Shown one piece after another: positions 37,882 through 47,039 of a stretch of DNA of 64,000 bases (its first letter is position 1; the number at the start of each line of letters is the position of its first letter). Location: positions 62,001 through 126,000 of the IMG/VR virus record IMGVR_UViG_3300022602_000024; one strand, 5' to 3'. A model generated the notes under the pieces. That model was not told the DNA's origin, made no database searches, and saw nothing but the letters and a program-made list of their open reading frames with translations. A program made the position numbers and the translations under genes.

Positions 37882-38565
37882 GTTCTTTTGGACAATTTTT
37901 TGGTATAAAAATTCTGCCCAAGCAGCATGGGCATCTGGTCCAAAATGGTAACTTCCCGGATAAACTGGCTTGAAACCCTGTGCAAGACTCCAATTATAGT
38001 AGGTAAAATCCCGATTATAGGGCTCTAAATAACTATCTCCCCAGAAATACTGGGGCTCATGTGCAAATGGTTCGTAGCAAGTAAAGAACAGATGCGGTAT
38101 TTCGAGATCGTCAAGTTCGTCTCCTAGTTGCCAAATTTTAGTAGCCTGTTCCTGCATTTTGGATTCATAGTCCAAATTAGCGACATACTCTTTGTAACGA
38201 TGCCGTATGTCCACAGGCCAATCTTCGCCCATACCACCGGCACTAACTTGCCAGTAACGATCACCACTCAACCATTCTTCTCGTTCCCATGTACTCCATC
38301 CTATAACAATGTAGTCAGGTTTATTTGTTTCTAAATAAGCTCGTGTGGTTCTTATGATACGATCGTTACTGCTGGCACTTTCTGCGTCACAATCCAGTAT
38401 GGCGCCCATGTGATTGGCTAATTCTGCACCCCAACTCACACGTAGGTTATCGGGGTGGGGTCGTCGTCCCAAAGCCCAATACATACTATCATCTTCAGCA
38501 AACCCATGAGGATTAACTGCTTCAGCTGCAGCAGTATTGCTGTCTCCGTTTACATACAGAATCAT
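37870..38565 (-). CDS. SGNH-like protein
   Basis: 'VNGDSNT', 'SSNDRIIR', 'VIGWSTWER', 'YHFGPDAH'. Confidence 0.6.
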   Translation of the reverse strand: MILYVNGDSNTAAAEAVNPHGFAEDDSMYWALGRRPHPDNLRVSWGAELANHMGAILDCDAESASSNDRIIRTTRAYLETNKPDYIVIGWSTWEREEWLSGDRYWQVSAGGMGEDWPVDIRHRYKEYVANLDYESKMQEQATKIWQLGDELDDLEIPHLFFTCYEPFAHEPQYFWGDSYLEPYNRDFTYYNWSLAQGFKPVYPGSYHFGPDAHAAWAEFLYQKIVQKNLTR

Positions 38566-38571
38566 AGATTC

Positions 38572-38988
38572 TTAGGATACTTCTGTGCGTCCGTTGCCTA
38601 GGTCTTTGCGATCAATCACACGTGGTCTTGCATCGTATGGTTGATTGGCTTCCCATTGCTCGTAGTTTTCTGCCAGAACATTTTTGCAAACATCTGCAAA
38701 CCATTGATCTACCATGTCTGCATCTGTTTTGCCTTTGTAGCCGGCACGTACTAGGTTAGCAATGAACTTTTCGTTCCAGTCCAGTTCAAATGCACCATTT
38801 CCGATGTTGTCAGGATCTAGTTCTACACTGATAACACTGACCCAGGGTTCGCCTTTGGCATCGGCAATTTGCCTGGGAGTCATGCCAGTGAAGTCGATCT
38901 TTTTAGTTGTCTTTTTTGTTGGTGCTTTTGCTGGCACTTTTTTAGCAGGTGTTTTTGTTGCTGGTGTTTTTTTAGTTACCATTTTCAT
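38572..38988 (-). CDS. Hypothetical protein with Lys-rich N-terminus
   Basis: 138 aa, GAGG RBS. Confidence 0.7.
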   Translation of the reverse strand: MKMVTKKTPATKTPAKKVPAKAPTKKTTKKIDFTGMTPRQIADAKGEPWVSVISVELDPDNIGNGAFELDWNEKFIANLVRAGYKGKTDADMVDQWFADVCKNVLAENYEQWEANQPYDARPRVIDRKDLGNGRTEVS

Positions 38989-39448
38989 CCTCTTTGATTT
39001 CTAACCATGTGTGATCGCCCATGTATTTAACTTGGCACATATAGTCATAGTTTACTGGTTTACCCGAACTCCAGTCATTGGGTCCGTGCGATGTAAGTAT
39101 TGTTTTTTGCAAGCGAGTATCAAATGCTAACCAGTAGCATTGTCCCAGTACCACTTGAAATTGATATTCAGCGGCATACACCAAATCAGTAACATCTAGT
39201 CTACGTTTGATATCATCTGCTTGCTTTTGTAAAACACTCACAAGTTCCATAATACGATCATATTCCTGCTGGGCATAGATCCTAGCATGGTTGATCATTA
39301 TATCTTTTTGTCGTTGTACAGGAACAAGATCAAACTTGGGACCACCAGCTTCAGTGGCATAGGTACTTACATTACGATTAAAAAACGCAACCACAGTATT
39401 GCCTGTGGTTGAATCATAACTTTCTCTACCTTTGCTTACATTGCTCAT
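38972..39448 (-). CDS. Hypothetical protein (DUF2452-like)
   Basis: 'EYDRIMELV.VLQKQA..IKRRL...Y.F...G..Y...P..W...D.TW'. Confidence 0.6.
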   Translation of the reverse strand: MSNVSKGRESYDSTTGNTVVAFFNRNVSTYATEAGGPKFDLVPVQRQKDIMINHARIYAQQEYDRIMELVSVLQKQADDIKRRLDVTDLVYAAEYQFQVVLGQCYWLAFDTRLQKTILTSHGPNDWSSGKPVNYDYMCQVKYMGDHTWLEIKEDENGN

Positions 39449-39449
39449 G

Positions 39450-39722
39450 TTATCGTTTTAGTAACCACATCATGTGCTCTTGAGCATTGTGCCATCTATA
39501 TTCCCATACAGGCGATCCAGGTCCGGTCCATACGGCAGCACCAACAAATCCTTTTTTGAGCCAAATACGTTTTTGGCTTAAATCGCATCGTTGTGGTGTT
39601 AATGCAAAACGTTCTTCCCACTCGGCTCTACGATAAAATGCACCATCTGCATCATCTATCCATCGGTTGTTTGACATGGCCCGCTTTCCTAGATATCCTG
39701 TGCCCATCATCAGGTGCCCCAC
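39450..39722 (-). CDS. Hypothetical protein
   Basis: 90-aa ORF. Confidence 0.5.
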   Translation of the reverse strand: MGHLMMGTGYLGKRAMSNNRWIDDADGAFYRRAEWEERFALTPQRCDLSQKRIWLKKGFVGAAVWTGPGSPVWEYRWHNAQEHMMWLLKR

Positions 39723-40555
39723 TCGTTCTTGAACAATGGCACTTGTAGTCGATCACTGTAACGCCAGCCACGTTTCATTGCGGCTAGTGCTACATTCCTT
39801 GCATTTAACGTGTAAACATTCTCTACACCGCCCACAGGCATGATATAAACATGCCCTTTAAACCCTGCTGATCTAAATTCTCTTACTGCACGTTCTGCAT
39901 CTAACAAATCTTCTTCAGTGGCTACAACAAGTTTAAGATATACTGTACCAACTTGTTCATATTCGCATACAATCTCGGGTCGGATAGCATCCGCCCACTT
40001 CTCGCCACTAGCAGGAAGTTTAGCACTTACGCTGAATGTGATTTCTCCATTTTTCCATCTAGCCCATTCTTGCAAATATCGTTTAAATTCTAGAGTTAAC
40101 TTTTGCGTGCCATTTGTTTCAAATGTGATTTCTTTCAAGTCTGACATTTTAGGATGATCCAGCAAGTCTGGATAAGCACGTTGCCATCCTAGCAATGGCT
40201 CGCCTCCTGTGATGACAAGGTGCTCATCGATCCAGGTCTTGTATGGGAGAATGTGCATGATTCTATCTGCAATGGCGTCTGTTGTGAGCATTGGACTAAG
40301 TTCTTTAAAATCAGGATGCCAACTAGCATAGCTGTCACAACCCGTAGATACAAGAGGAAGTTCTTCATATTTGTTAAAGTGGTAAACGACTTGTGCAATA
40401 TCATCAGCTTCGGTACTGAGTTCACCACGTGGCATACCAAAGCCGGCACATTTAAAGTTACAACCAAATGTGCGTAAGAATACCGACGGCACACCCATAT
40501 AGCGACCTTCTCCTTGTACGCTATAAAACAATTCTGCGATTTTGAGTTTACTCAT
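39710..40555 (-). CDS. queE: 7-carboxy-7-deazaguanine synthase (radical SAM)
   Basis: 'ELFYSVQGEG', 'VFLRTFGCNFKC...CDS', 'ITGGEPL', 'FETNGT', 'SAKL', 'SDRLQV'. Confidence 0.88.
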   Translation of the reverse strand: MSKLKIAELFYSVQGEGRYMGVPSVFLRTFGCNFKCAGFGMPRGELSTEADDIAQVVYHFNKYEELPLVSTGCDSYASWHPDFKELSPMLTTDAIADRIMHILPYKTWIDEHLVITGGEPLLGWQRAYPDLLDHPKMSDLKEITFETNGTQKLTLEFKRYLQEWARWKNGEITFSVSAKLPASGEKWADAIRPEIVCEYEQVGTVYLKLVVATEEDLLDAERAVREFRSAGFKGHVYIMPVGGVENVYTLNARNVALAAMKRGWRYSDRLQVPLFKNEWGT

Positions 40556-40820
40556 AGATTGATGACCATTTCTTAAGTTTTTCAATTTTGTGTTGCTTTG
40601 CAATGTCTAATTGTACAGTATCTAGTACACCTTGGTCAACTAAAATGTCGATTAATGCCAACATATCTCCAACTTCCATTACCAAAGTTTCTCTGTGCGG
40701 TAAATTAGTATGATGCGAAAGTTCATCTAATCCAAATCTTCTGATTTTACTAACTTCTACTATTACTTCTGCACATTCTTCTTGTAGTATACCCAAGGCT
40801 TCTTCTATTTTTGAATTCAT
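40548..40820 (-). CDS. MazG-like NTP pyrophosphohydrolase
   Basis: 'LQEECAEV...EVGDMLA' all-alpha NTP-PPase motif. Confidence 0.7.
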   Translation of the reverse strand: MNSKIEEALGILQEECAEVIVEVSKIRRFGLDELSHHTNLPHRETLVMEVGDMLALIDILVDQGVLDTVQLDIAKQHKIEKLKKWSSIYE

Positions 40821-42085
40821 GATATATTATGTCTGTTGAATTGTTCTATTAACCAAGGAAATAGTGTGGGCCAGCTGGTTCCGCGCCTGCGGTCTAATTC
40901 GTTTAAGTAGGCATACATTTCTTTTAGTTTTGAAATATTTGGTTTACTAACTGCTACTTGTTGTCTAATGCCCTTCATATACGGAGTAAAATTAGCATAC
41001 CAAGAATCCAATGATGCAGTTTCTTCCATTACTGCAATAATCTTTGCAAAATCATCATCGAACACATCTCCTCCTAAGTAATCGGGATTCAACGGCTGTG
41101 GATCTTGTACAGTCATAAAGTTCTGGTATATGGGACGCTGGCGCCTCCAACCATTCATCTTACTCATTAAGTCTGGCATGGTTTTGATACTCAATGTGTT
41201 AATAGCACTATTGATATTTAGAACGATCCAATCCTGGCTGACCAAATATTCAAAGTTTTTCTCCCATCGATCCAAGTTCAACGGAAAACGCACATATTCC
41301 TGTTCCGGACCCCAGCAATCAATACTGCCAGTGATCTGTAGAGTTTTCATTTTGCCATCTTGTACAATCTTTTTAAATCGTTCAATTTTGTTTATTAAAC
41401 GATCAGTACTACAGTTAAGATTAGTAACAATGTTAAAGAACAATTCAGGATTACTGTGTTGCTCCACAAAATCCAAACATTCGTCAAACTCCTGTTGAAA
41501 GAAAGGTTCTCCTCCTAAGAATTGAAAGTGTGTAACTTGATTGTAGTGTTGATCCCACCAGGCCCAAAACTTTTCCACATACGCACGCCGGTTGGCGTCA
41601 ACTTGATAGTTACTATTTAATTCAAATGTTGCATATTTCCAATCACCAAACTTTTTGTTTTCGGCTTGCCATGCGCTGGAGTAATGCGGCCCGCAGTAGA
41701 TACATTTTAAATCACATGTGTTATCAAAGTATACTTCTACCATCTTCGGTACTACACTGGTTGCAGTAGGATCAGTATATACTTCGTTGGGGGTTACATG
41801 TTGCAATTTTTCATTGTTGAAATGTCTATCACTGTAACCACCAGCATCTTCAATTTTGCGACAGTATTCGCAACCATTGCCAGGCCAAGAGCCGTCTAAC
41901 ATCAGTTGACGATCGCGTTGCTTTTCTGGCAAGTTATGAAAATCGTCAAAAGAGTCTAAGTCAAACTTATACTGACGTGTCCGATGGCAACTTGCGCTGG
42001 CGCTGTTGGCCATGTATATTGTGCTCCAAGTCCACTTTAGTTGGCACGTTGGATCTATGTTGATTGGCCATGTTTTTTGAGTCAT
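40817..42085 (-). CDS. Radical SAM protein, paralogue of 4949 and 6321
   Basis: CDLKCIYC, 'LGGEPF'; N-terminal CQLKW...SCHR...CEYC. Confidence 0.82.
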   Translation of the reverse strand: MTQKTWPINIDPTCQLKWTWSTIYMANSASASCHRTRQYKFDLDSFDDFHNLPEKQRDRQLMLDGSWPGNGCEYCRKIEDAGGYSDRHFNNEKLQHVTPNEVYTDPTATSVVPKMVEVYFDNTCDLKCIYCGPHYSSAWQAENKKFGDWKYATFELNSNYQVDANRRAYVEKFWAWWDQHYNQVTHFQFLGGEPFFQQEFDECLDFVEQHSNPELFFNIVTNLNCSTDRLINKIERFKKIVQDGKMKTLQITGSIDCWGPEQEYVRFPLNLDRWEKNFEYLVSQDWIVLNINSAINTLSIKTMPDLMSKMNGWRRQRPIYQNFMTVQDPQPLNPDYLGGDVFDDDFAKIIAVMEETASLDSWYANFTPYMKGIRQQVAVSKPNISKLKEMYAYLNELDRRRGTSWPTLFPWLIEQFNRHNIS

Positions 42086-42120
42086 GTGTGTTTTCTCTGT
42101 ATTCTTTTTTGGCTCTACGC

Positions 42121-43326
42121 TCAATGTGATTCATTAGTTTTTTGGTCGACATTTTTAATTATCTCGGTTACAGTTTTAGCAGTATATGGACCTAGTGTCC
42201 ATCCTAAGTGCCCGTGTCCTGTATTATAAAACACTTTTGCATTTTTGTCACTCTGTTTGATGATAGGCATCATGTTTGGCGTCATTGGGCGAAGGCAAGC
42301 ATATTGTGTGTAATCGTGTGTATTGATATTTGGAAAGTTTGTTTTGATCCACTTTAACAAAGGCTCAATTCTAGCACGAGTGATATCATAATTTTCCCCT
42401 GCTAGTTCAGCAGTCCCAGCTACACGAAACTTATTACCTAAACTTGAAGTAACAATTTTGGCTTCGTCGTCTAACAAACTTACTTTAGGCAAGTATTTGG
42501 CGTCAACATTGTTAATAGTAACACTATATCCTTTGATAGGGTATACTCCGATGTTGTCGCCGATTTGTTCAGCAAGCTCTGTGCTGCCCACTCCATTTGC
42601 ACCCACCACTGCATCATAATCTTCAGTTAATGTTTCTAGATCTTCGATCTTCCATTCATAAAAGAATTCAACCGCATATTTGTTTTTAAGGATATCTGCA
42701 AGTTGGTAACAAAACTTGTGTATATCTCCAGTCCAGTCACTGGGAGTAAATGTTGCGCCAACAACTCCATCAACATCAACCAACGCAGGATCTATAGTGC
42801 TGACAGCAGAAGGAGCAACCTCAACTCTATCTAATCCATTTGCATTGTATAACTTGGTAACTGCTTGTGCATTTTGCCAATAACTGTCTTTTTTATAGAA
42901 ATGCAAAATACCACAGTTGCTGCGATCAAACTCGATGGTTTCTTCTGCACAGATCTCATCGTACAATCTGCGACTCTCCAAAGCCATTTTTACAGTTGCG
43001 GCAGTATTTTTGGGACCTTCATTTCGAATAGTTGCCCACAAGAACCGAACTACCCAACGCCACATGGCCCAATCTAAACGCCAAGGGCGGAATAGAAATG
43101 GAGCATCTTTGGTAAACATCCACTTGATGCCTTTGTATACATTGCTCCATGATGTCCATGTTTCACTATTGCTGACAGATATTTGTCCACCATTGGCAAA
43201 ACTGGTTTTCATACCAGCATAGCGTTCTGCTTCGTATACCGTAACTTCATATCCTTCTCTTGCAAGATAATACGCAGTTGTGACTCCAGTGATACCTGCC
43301 CCGATTACTGCTACTGTTTTAGTCAT
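42121..43326 (-). CDS. dadA: FAD-dependent D-amino acid dehydrogenase
   Basis: 'GAGITGVTTAYYL', 'TSFANGGQIS', 'YPIKGYS', 'LRPMTPN', 'NTGHGHLGWT'. Confidence 0.85.
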   Translation of the reverse strand: MTKTVAVIGAGITGVTTAYYLAREGYEVTVYEAERYAGMKTSFANGGQISVSNSETWTSWSNVYKGIKWMFTKDAPFLFRPWRLDWAMWRWVVRFLWATIRNEGPKNTAATVKMALESRRLYDEICAEETIEFDRSNCGILHFYKKDSYWQNAQAVTKLYNANGLDRVEVAPSAVSTIDPALVDVDGVVGATFTPSDWTGDIHKFCYQLADILKNKYAVEFFYEWKIEDLETLTEDYDAVVGANGVGSTELAEQIGDNIGVYPIKGYSVTINNVDAKYLPKVSLLDDEAKIVTSSLGNKFRVAGTAELAGENYDITRARIEPLLKWIKTNFPNINTHDYTQYACLRPMTPNMMPIIKQSDKNAKVFYNTGHGHLGWTLGPYTAKTVTEIIKNVDQKTNESH

Positions 43327-43664
43327 TAATGATTCCGTTTCCCGTCAAATACACAGTTAAAAACAAAGTCAGTGTTGCAGTTGTTGATTACACGATGGAA
43401 AGCACCGTCTGGGATTAAAACAATATCTCCACCTTTGACTGGGAACGGCTCATCAGTTTCATCGCCCACAATCATTTGACCATAGCCCGAAATAAAGATA
43501 TAAACTTCTTCTTGTCCGGGGTGGCGATGACCCCGTGTTTGTTGTCCGGGGTGTAGTTGTGTTTGGCTCAAGACCAAGTTATTTAATGTCTTGTTGTCGA
43601 TTAATCGATAGGTTTCATTATCTTTGACAACTTCTCCGCCTATATTGTTGATGTTTAATGTCAT
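43326..43664 (-). CDS. Cupin-domain protein
   Basis: 'HRHPGQEEVY...G.G...GDIVLIPDGAFHRV.N'. Confidence 0.8.
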   Translation of the reverse strand: MTLNINNIGGEVVKDNETYRLIDNKTLNNLVLSQTQLHPGQQTRGHRHPGQEEVYIFISGYGQMIVGDETDEPFPVKGGDIVLIPDGAFHRVINNCNTDFVFNCVFDGKRNH

Positions 43665-43780
43665 GATAGCAAATCCTCATTCCACTCTCTATGACCCTCT
43701 CTAAAGGCCATATTGGCTTGTGTTTCTCTAACTTCTACACGATAGCACCATAAACGTTGTTCTAACCTTGCGTTAAACAT
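43661..43780 (-). pseudogene. Remnant 3' end of a second queD allele (39-aa mini-ORF)
   Basis: Reads MFNARLEQRLWCYRVEVRETQANMAFREGHREWNEDLLS, versus the QueD C-terminus DRVWCSKVEVRETPSNMAYRQGHREDGEF. Confidence 0.8.
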
Positions 43781-44078
43781 TTTTTAATCCTATTCTACTA
43801 TAACCTAACTTTGACTTGAGTTCCCTGCTTTTCTTCTCTGGTTTCCATGCTCTAGGATCAACTGTTTCGCCTGTGAGTTCATAACGAAAGTCTGGATCGT
43901 AAACCATATAGCCCAACTTGTTCCATTTGATTACTCCATCGTCAAATAGAAAAATACAACCACGACACATACAGAAACTGGCACCGTTGTCACTCATTAC
44001 ATTGCCATTCACTGTGCCAACATATTTGACTACATTGCCCTGGTGCATTTCTCTTAGTGCTTGGTAATAATCAATCAT
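43773..44078 (-). CDS. Hypothetical protein
   Basis: 101-aa ORF. Confidence 0.6.
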   Translation of the reverse strand: MIDYYQALREMHQGNVVKYVGTVNGNVMSDNGASFCMCRGCIFLFDDGVIKWNKLGYMVYDPDFRYELTGETVDPRAWKPEKKSRELKSKLGYSRIGLKNV

Positions 44079-44305
44079 TCTTCAACTCCAAAAACAAACT
44101 TGATACGGTTGGCAACTACCTTGCCATCATATCGTGTGTCGTTGGCAACATCTAAACATTCGTTGATGATTAGTTCAGCAAACTTAGCCAAACGGATCTT
44201 ATCCCATTCTTGAATTTTGAATCCATCTTCGGGATCAAATTGATATGTTTTATCGGCAGATAAGTTAGCCTGTTCGGTAAGTTGTTTTATCTTCTGTTCG
44301 TTCAT
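44075..44305 (-). CDS. Hypothetical protein
   Basis: 76 aa, 'KFAELIINEC' motif common in small phage ORFs. Confidence 0.6.
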   Translation of the reverse strand: MNEQKIKQLTEQANLSADKTYQFDPEDGFKIQEWDKIRLAKFAELIINECLDVANDTRYDGKVVANRIKFVFGVEE

Positions 44306-44321
44306 AGGTTAAAAGCGTTAT

Positions 44322-44801
44322 TTAAATAAACTCGCCGTCTTCGCGGTGACCCTGGCGATAGGCCATATTTGACGGAGTTTCTCTAACTTCAACTTTTGAA
44401 CACCAAACTCGGTCTGCTTCAGACTTACCGCAATTTGGCAAGAAGATAGTATTCACATACTCATATAGAAAATCGGCAATGCCTTCGCATCCGGTTTTTT
44501 CTACTTCTGTAATTTTTGCCAAACCTAATGCACCTAACTGTTTGATGGTATCATAGTACGGATCGTCTTGAGCCAATAGTAGAACATGGTCAAAGTATTC
44601 TTCTAAAAAGTCCTTGAGTGGGCGTAAACCACCGTAATCAAAACACCAATTGCGGGCGTCAAGGTCATCACACTCAAATTCAAATTTGAATGATAGTGCG
44701 TAACCATGGATAAGATTACAATGACTGTCAGCCCTCCATTGACGATATGCCACTGGGGCTAAATGTGAATATTCTTTTGTTGATATAAATTTTTTAGACA
44801 T
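44322..44801 (-). CDS. queD: 6-carboxy-5,6,7,8-tetrahydropterin synthase
   Basis: 'HCNLIHGY', 'DYGGL', 'FDHVLL', 'CEGIA', 'VEVRETPSN'. Confidence 0.85.
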   Translation of the reverse strand: MSKKFISTKEYSHLAPVAYRQWRADSHCNLIHGYALSFKFEFECDDLDARNWCFDYGGLRPLKDFLEEYFDHVLLLAQDDPYYDTIKQLGALGLAKITEVEKTGCEGIADFLYEYVNTIFLPNCGKSEADRVWCSKVEVRETPSNMAYRQGHREDGEFI

Positions 44802-44807
44802 GCTGGT

Positions 44808-44875
44808 TCTCCTATGTTAAATTTTAGCATAGGCGGCAGAGTTTGTATAGCGGGATGAACGCCGAAGACCGCTTG
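44808..44875 (-). ncRNA. Structured 5' leader of queD: candidate preQ1-I-like pseudoknot plus an RBS-sequestering hairpin
   Basis: AGCGG-UCUUCGGCGUUCAUC-CCGCU-AUACAAAC-UCUGCCG, then a CCUAUG...CAUAGG stem overlapping the AGGAGA RBS; TAAATA at 44885-44890. Confidence 0.4.
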
Positions 44876-44887
44876 TTGAATATGTAT

Positions 44888-45076
44888 TTATTGCTCACGA
44901 GTCCAAGGCTTTTCATTCCCTGCCCATTCTTGTATATTTACGCTCCATGACATAAGGCGATTGTATAGGGGATACAACCAGCCCCAATCAAACCATCCCA
45001 TTGGGAAACTGATCCAGTGTCCTAGATAGTATAATATTTCACTTAATATACGAGCCAGGATTTTTTTAATAAACAT
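44888..45076 (-). CDS. Hypothetical Trp-rich small protein
   Basis: 62-aa ORF. Confidence 0.55.
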   Translation of the reverse strand: MFIKKILARILSEILYYLGHWISFPMGWFDWGWLYPLYNRLMSWSVNIQEWAGNEKPWTREQ

Positions 45077-45395
45077 ACGTTTCGTATTCTTTCATATTGT
45101 GTGCTACAACATTTTCATTGAATTTGAGTATAAACATATAAGCTGCATTGGCATCGTTGCCGTTAAAGTTTATTTTAACATGTCCGGTACCGTCTTGTCT
45201 ATGATAACTAGATTTGGCTTGCCCGTATTGCACGTCTTTTATAATTTTTGGATTAAGAGACCTACCGTAGTATGTCTCTTTTGTTATTACAGTACCACCA
45301 ATCATCTCAAACCATTCACACATTTCGTCTGTTAACTGATCTATGTCAATCCAAATACTGTAGTGTAGTTTTGCACCCGGAGGTAAAGATATCAT
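45066..45395 (-). CDS. Hypothetical protein
   Basis: 109 aa, ATGA overlap. Confidence 0.6.
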   Translation of the reverse strand: MISLPPGAKLHYSIWIDIDQLTDEMCEWFEMIGGTVITKETYYGRSLNPKIIKDVQYGQAKSSYHRQDGTGHVKINFNGNDANAAYMFILKFNENVVAHNMKEYETYVY

Positions 45396-46564
45396 TTAAA
45401 ATTTCCCACACATTGATTGATAGCAGTTTCTGCTTGTGTATGATTATATAGTTCAAAACCTAGGGTGTCAAATAGATACCAGTTATAATTTGCTGAACCT
45501 GGTACAGCGTTTTGTACCCAGGCAGCTTGTGCCCATGGTATATATTCATCGAAGCCGATTCCCGCAACAGGGGTTATGACTGAAGAAATATTACAAAATG
45601 CAGATATTTTTGCAACTAGCAAGTTGTAGTTAGGTGGCGGAATAGACGAGAAATTTCCTCCATTGAATATCAGATTCCATAAATCTACATTTAATCCAAC
45701 ACCTGTATCTGTTGGAGAAGCACGAAAATAATCTAATATCAGGGGTTTGTTGTTGTGAGATTTACTAAGTGTTTGTACATAGTTTACTATGTCTAATCCG
45801 TTGGTGTCATGGTAATATGAATTTACAATATCAGTGACATTTGTGGTAGTTGTGGACATCAAGGGAAAATTAAATCCTGTACTGATGTAGTCAACTAAAT
45901 CATAAACCGGAGTATCGTAACTTGCCATATATGATAATTTTCCATTAAACACATTTTTAATAGAAGAAAATAATGTTTGCCAGTACAGCAAGTACGGCGC
46001 CTGATCAAATCCTACCTGTAAATCACCTAAATATATACCGTTAACATTGTGTTGTTGTGCTAATACTGCTACAGACTTGTCGTAGGTTGTTATAGTATCA
46101 AACATGGTGGCAGCATTAAAGTTTACACCAACTGAAGTACTAGTTAATCCATTATCGAGCCCATCTGTTATAGCAATCATAATCCATACCACTAGCCCTT
46201 GACTTTTAGCATAATCCACTACACGCCAAAAATCTTTGGGTAAAGTTCTTGGTTGGGCAGGTACTGCATTAAGATCTAACTGGCCAGTATCTGTATTAAC
46301 TGGTACTTCTGTTTGGAAAACAATAGTATTGTAGCCAACCTTTTTAATATGGTCGACCATTGGTGTCATCCCTGCATATGATGTTGTTGTTACACCATTT
46401 ATATTAAGTGAGGAATCGTCAAACCGATAATCGACCCATGCCAATGATAATTTATTTGGCGGGGTATTGTTAATTACTTGCGTCGGAACTGTTGTAGAAG
46501 TCGAACTTCCGCCCCCACCACAGGCAGTTAATAGCACTGCCAGGCAACATAGTAAGTATTTCAT
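45392..46564 (-). CDS. Predicted lipoprotein with a glycoside-hydrolase-like TIM barrel (GH113-like)
   Basis: Signal peptide and lipobox 'MKYLLCCLAVLLTAC', GGGGSST linker, 'AQQHNVNGIYLG', 'VFNGKLSY'. Confidence 0.5.
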   Translation of the reverse strand: MKYLLCCLAVLLTACGGGGSSTSTTVPTQVINNTPPNKLSLAWVDYRFDDSSLNINGVTTTSYAGMTPMVDHIKKVGYNTIVFQTEVPVNTDTGQLDLNAVPAQPRTLPKDFWRVVDYAKSQGLVVWIMIAITDGLDNGLTSTSVGVNFNAATMFDTITTYDKSVAVLAQQHNVNGIYLGDLQVGFDQAPYLLYWQTLFSSIKNVFNGKLSYMASYDTPVYDLVDYISTGFNFPLMSTTTTNVTDIVNSYYHDTNGLDIVNYVQTLSKSHNNKPLILDYFRASPTDTGVGLNVDLWNLIFNGGNFSSIPPPNYNLLVAKISAFCNISSVITPVAGIGFDEYIPWAQAAWVQNAVPGSANYNWYLFDTLGFELYNHTQAETAINQCVGNFK

Positions 46565-47010
46565 TTTGCCTTGGATATTAGATATTGTTCGTGTTGTATC
46601 CAACCTTTTTTAGTCAGGAAACCCCATTCACGTGCATGAGGTCCGGGCATAAACAATGTCCAAGTTTCTACTTCGGGATCTAGTTCAATTCTGTGATAAC
46701 TGGTAGCGCCACAGACTCTAAAACTACCGGCACCACGCCAAGTGCAGGTTTCGGCAATCTTTTTGCCTTGGCCATCAAATATTGGTGTCCACTCGTAGTA
46801 GCCACCCTTTAGGATAAGACTAGCATAAGGCCAAGGATGATCATGCACGTCATCGGGATCTGATTTAAGAAACCGATGCAGAAATACGTTAAAGGGGAAC
46901 CAAGTACGTTCTTTAAGGAATACATAGTATCTTTCTAAATAGGGTTCATTATCAACCCTGTCCATGATAATTCGTTTGCGTCCTAGACGTTCAAGTAGCT
47001 TAATAATCAT
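46561..47010 (-). CDS. Cupin-like protein
   Basis: 'HDHPW...ILKGGYYE...HRI...WTLF..GP..REWGF'. Confidence 0.6.
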   Translation of the reverse strand: MIIKLLERLGRKRIIMDRVDNEPYLERYYVFLKERTWFPFNVFLHRFLKSDPDDVHDHPWPYASLILKGGYYEWTPIFDGQGKKIAETCTWRGAGSFRVCGATSYHRIELDPEVETWTLFMPGPHAREWGFLTKKGWIQHEQYLISKAK

Positions 47011-47039
47011 TGTAAATCCTAAGTGATGTTTACAACGCT

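Noticed and set aside
41967-42152. 61-aa ORF bridging dadA and the radical SAM gene
   Set aside because: It mostly overlaps the radical SAM gene out of frame and has no recognisable motif.
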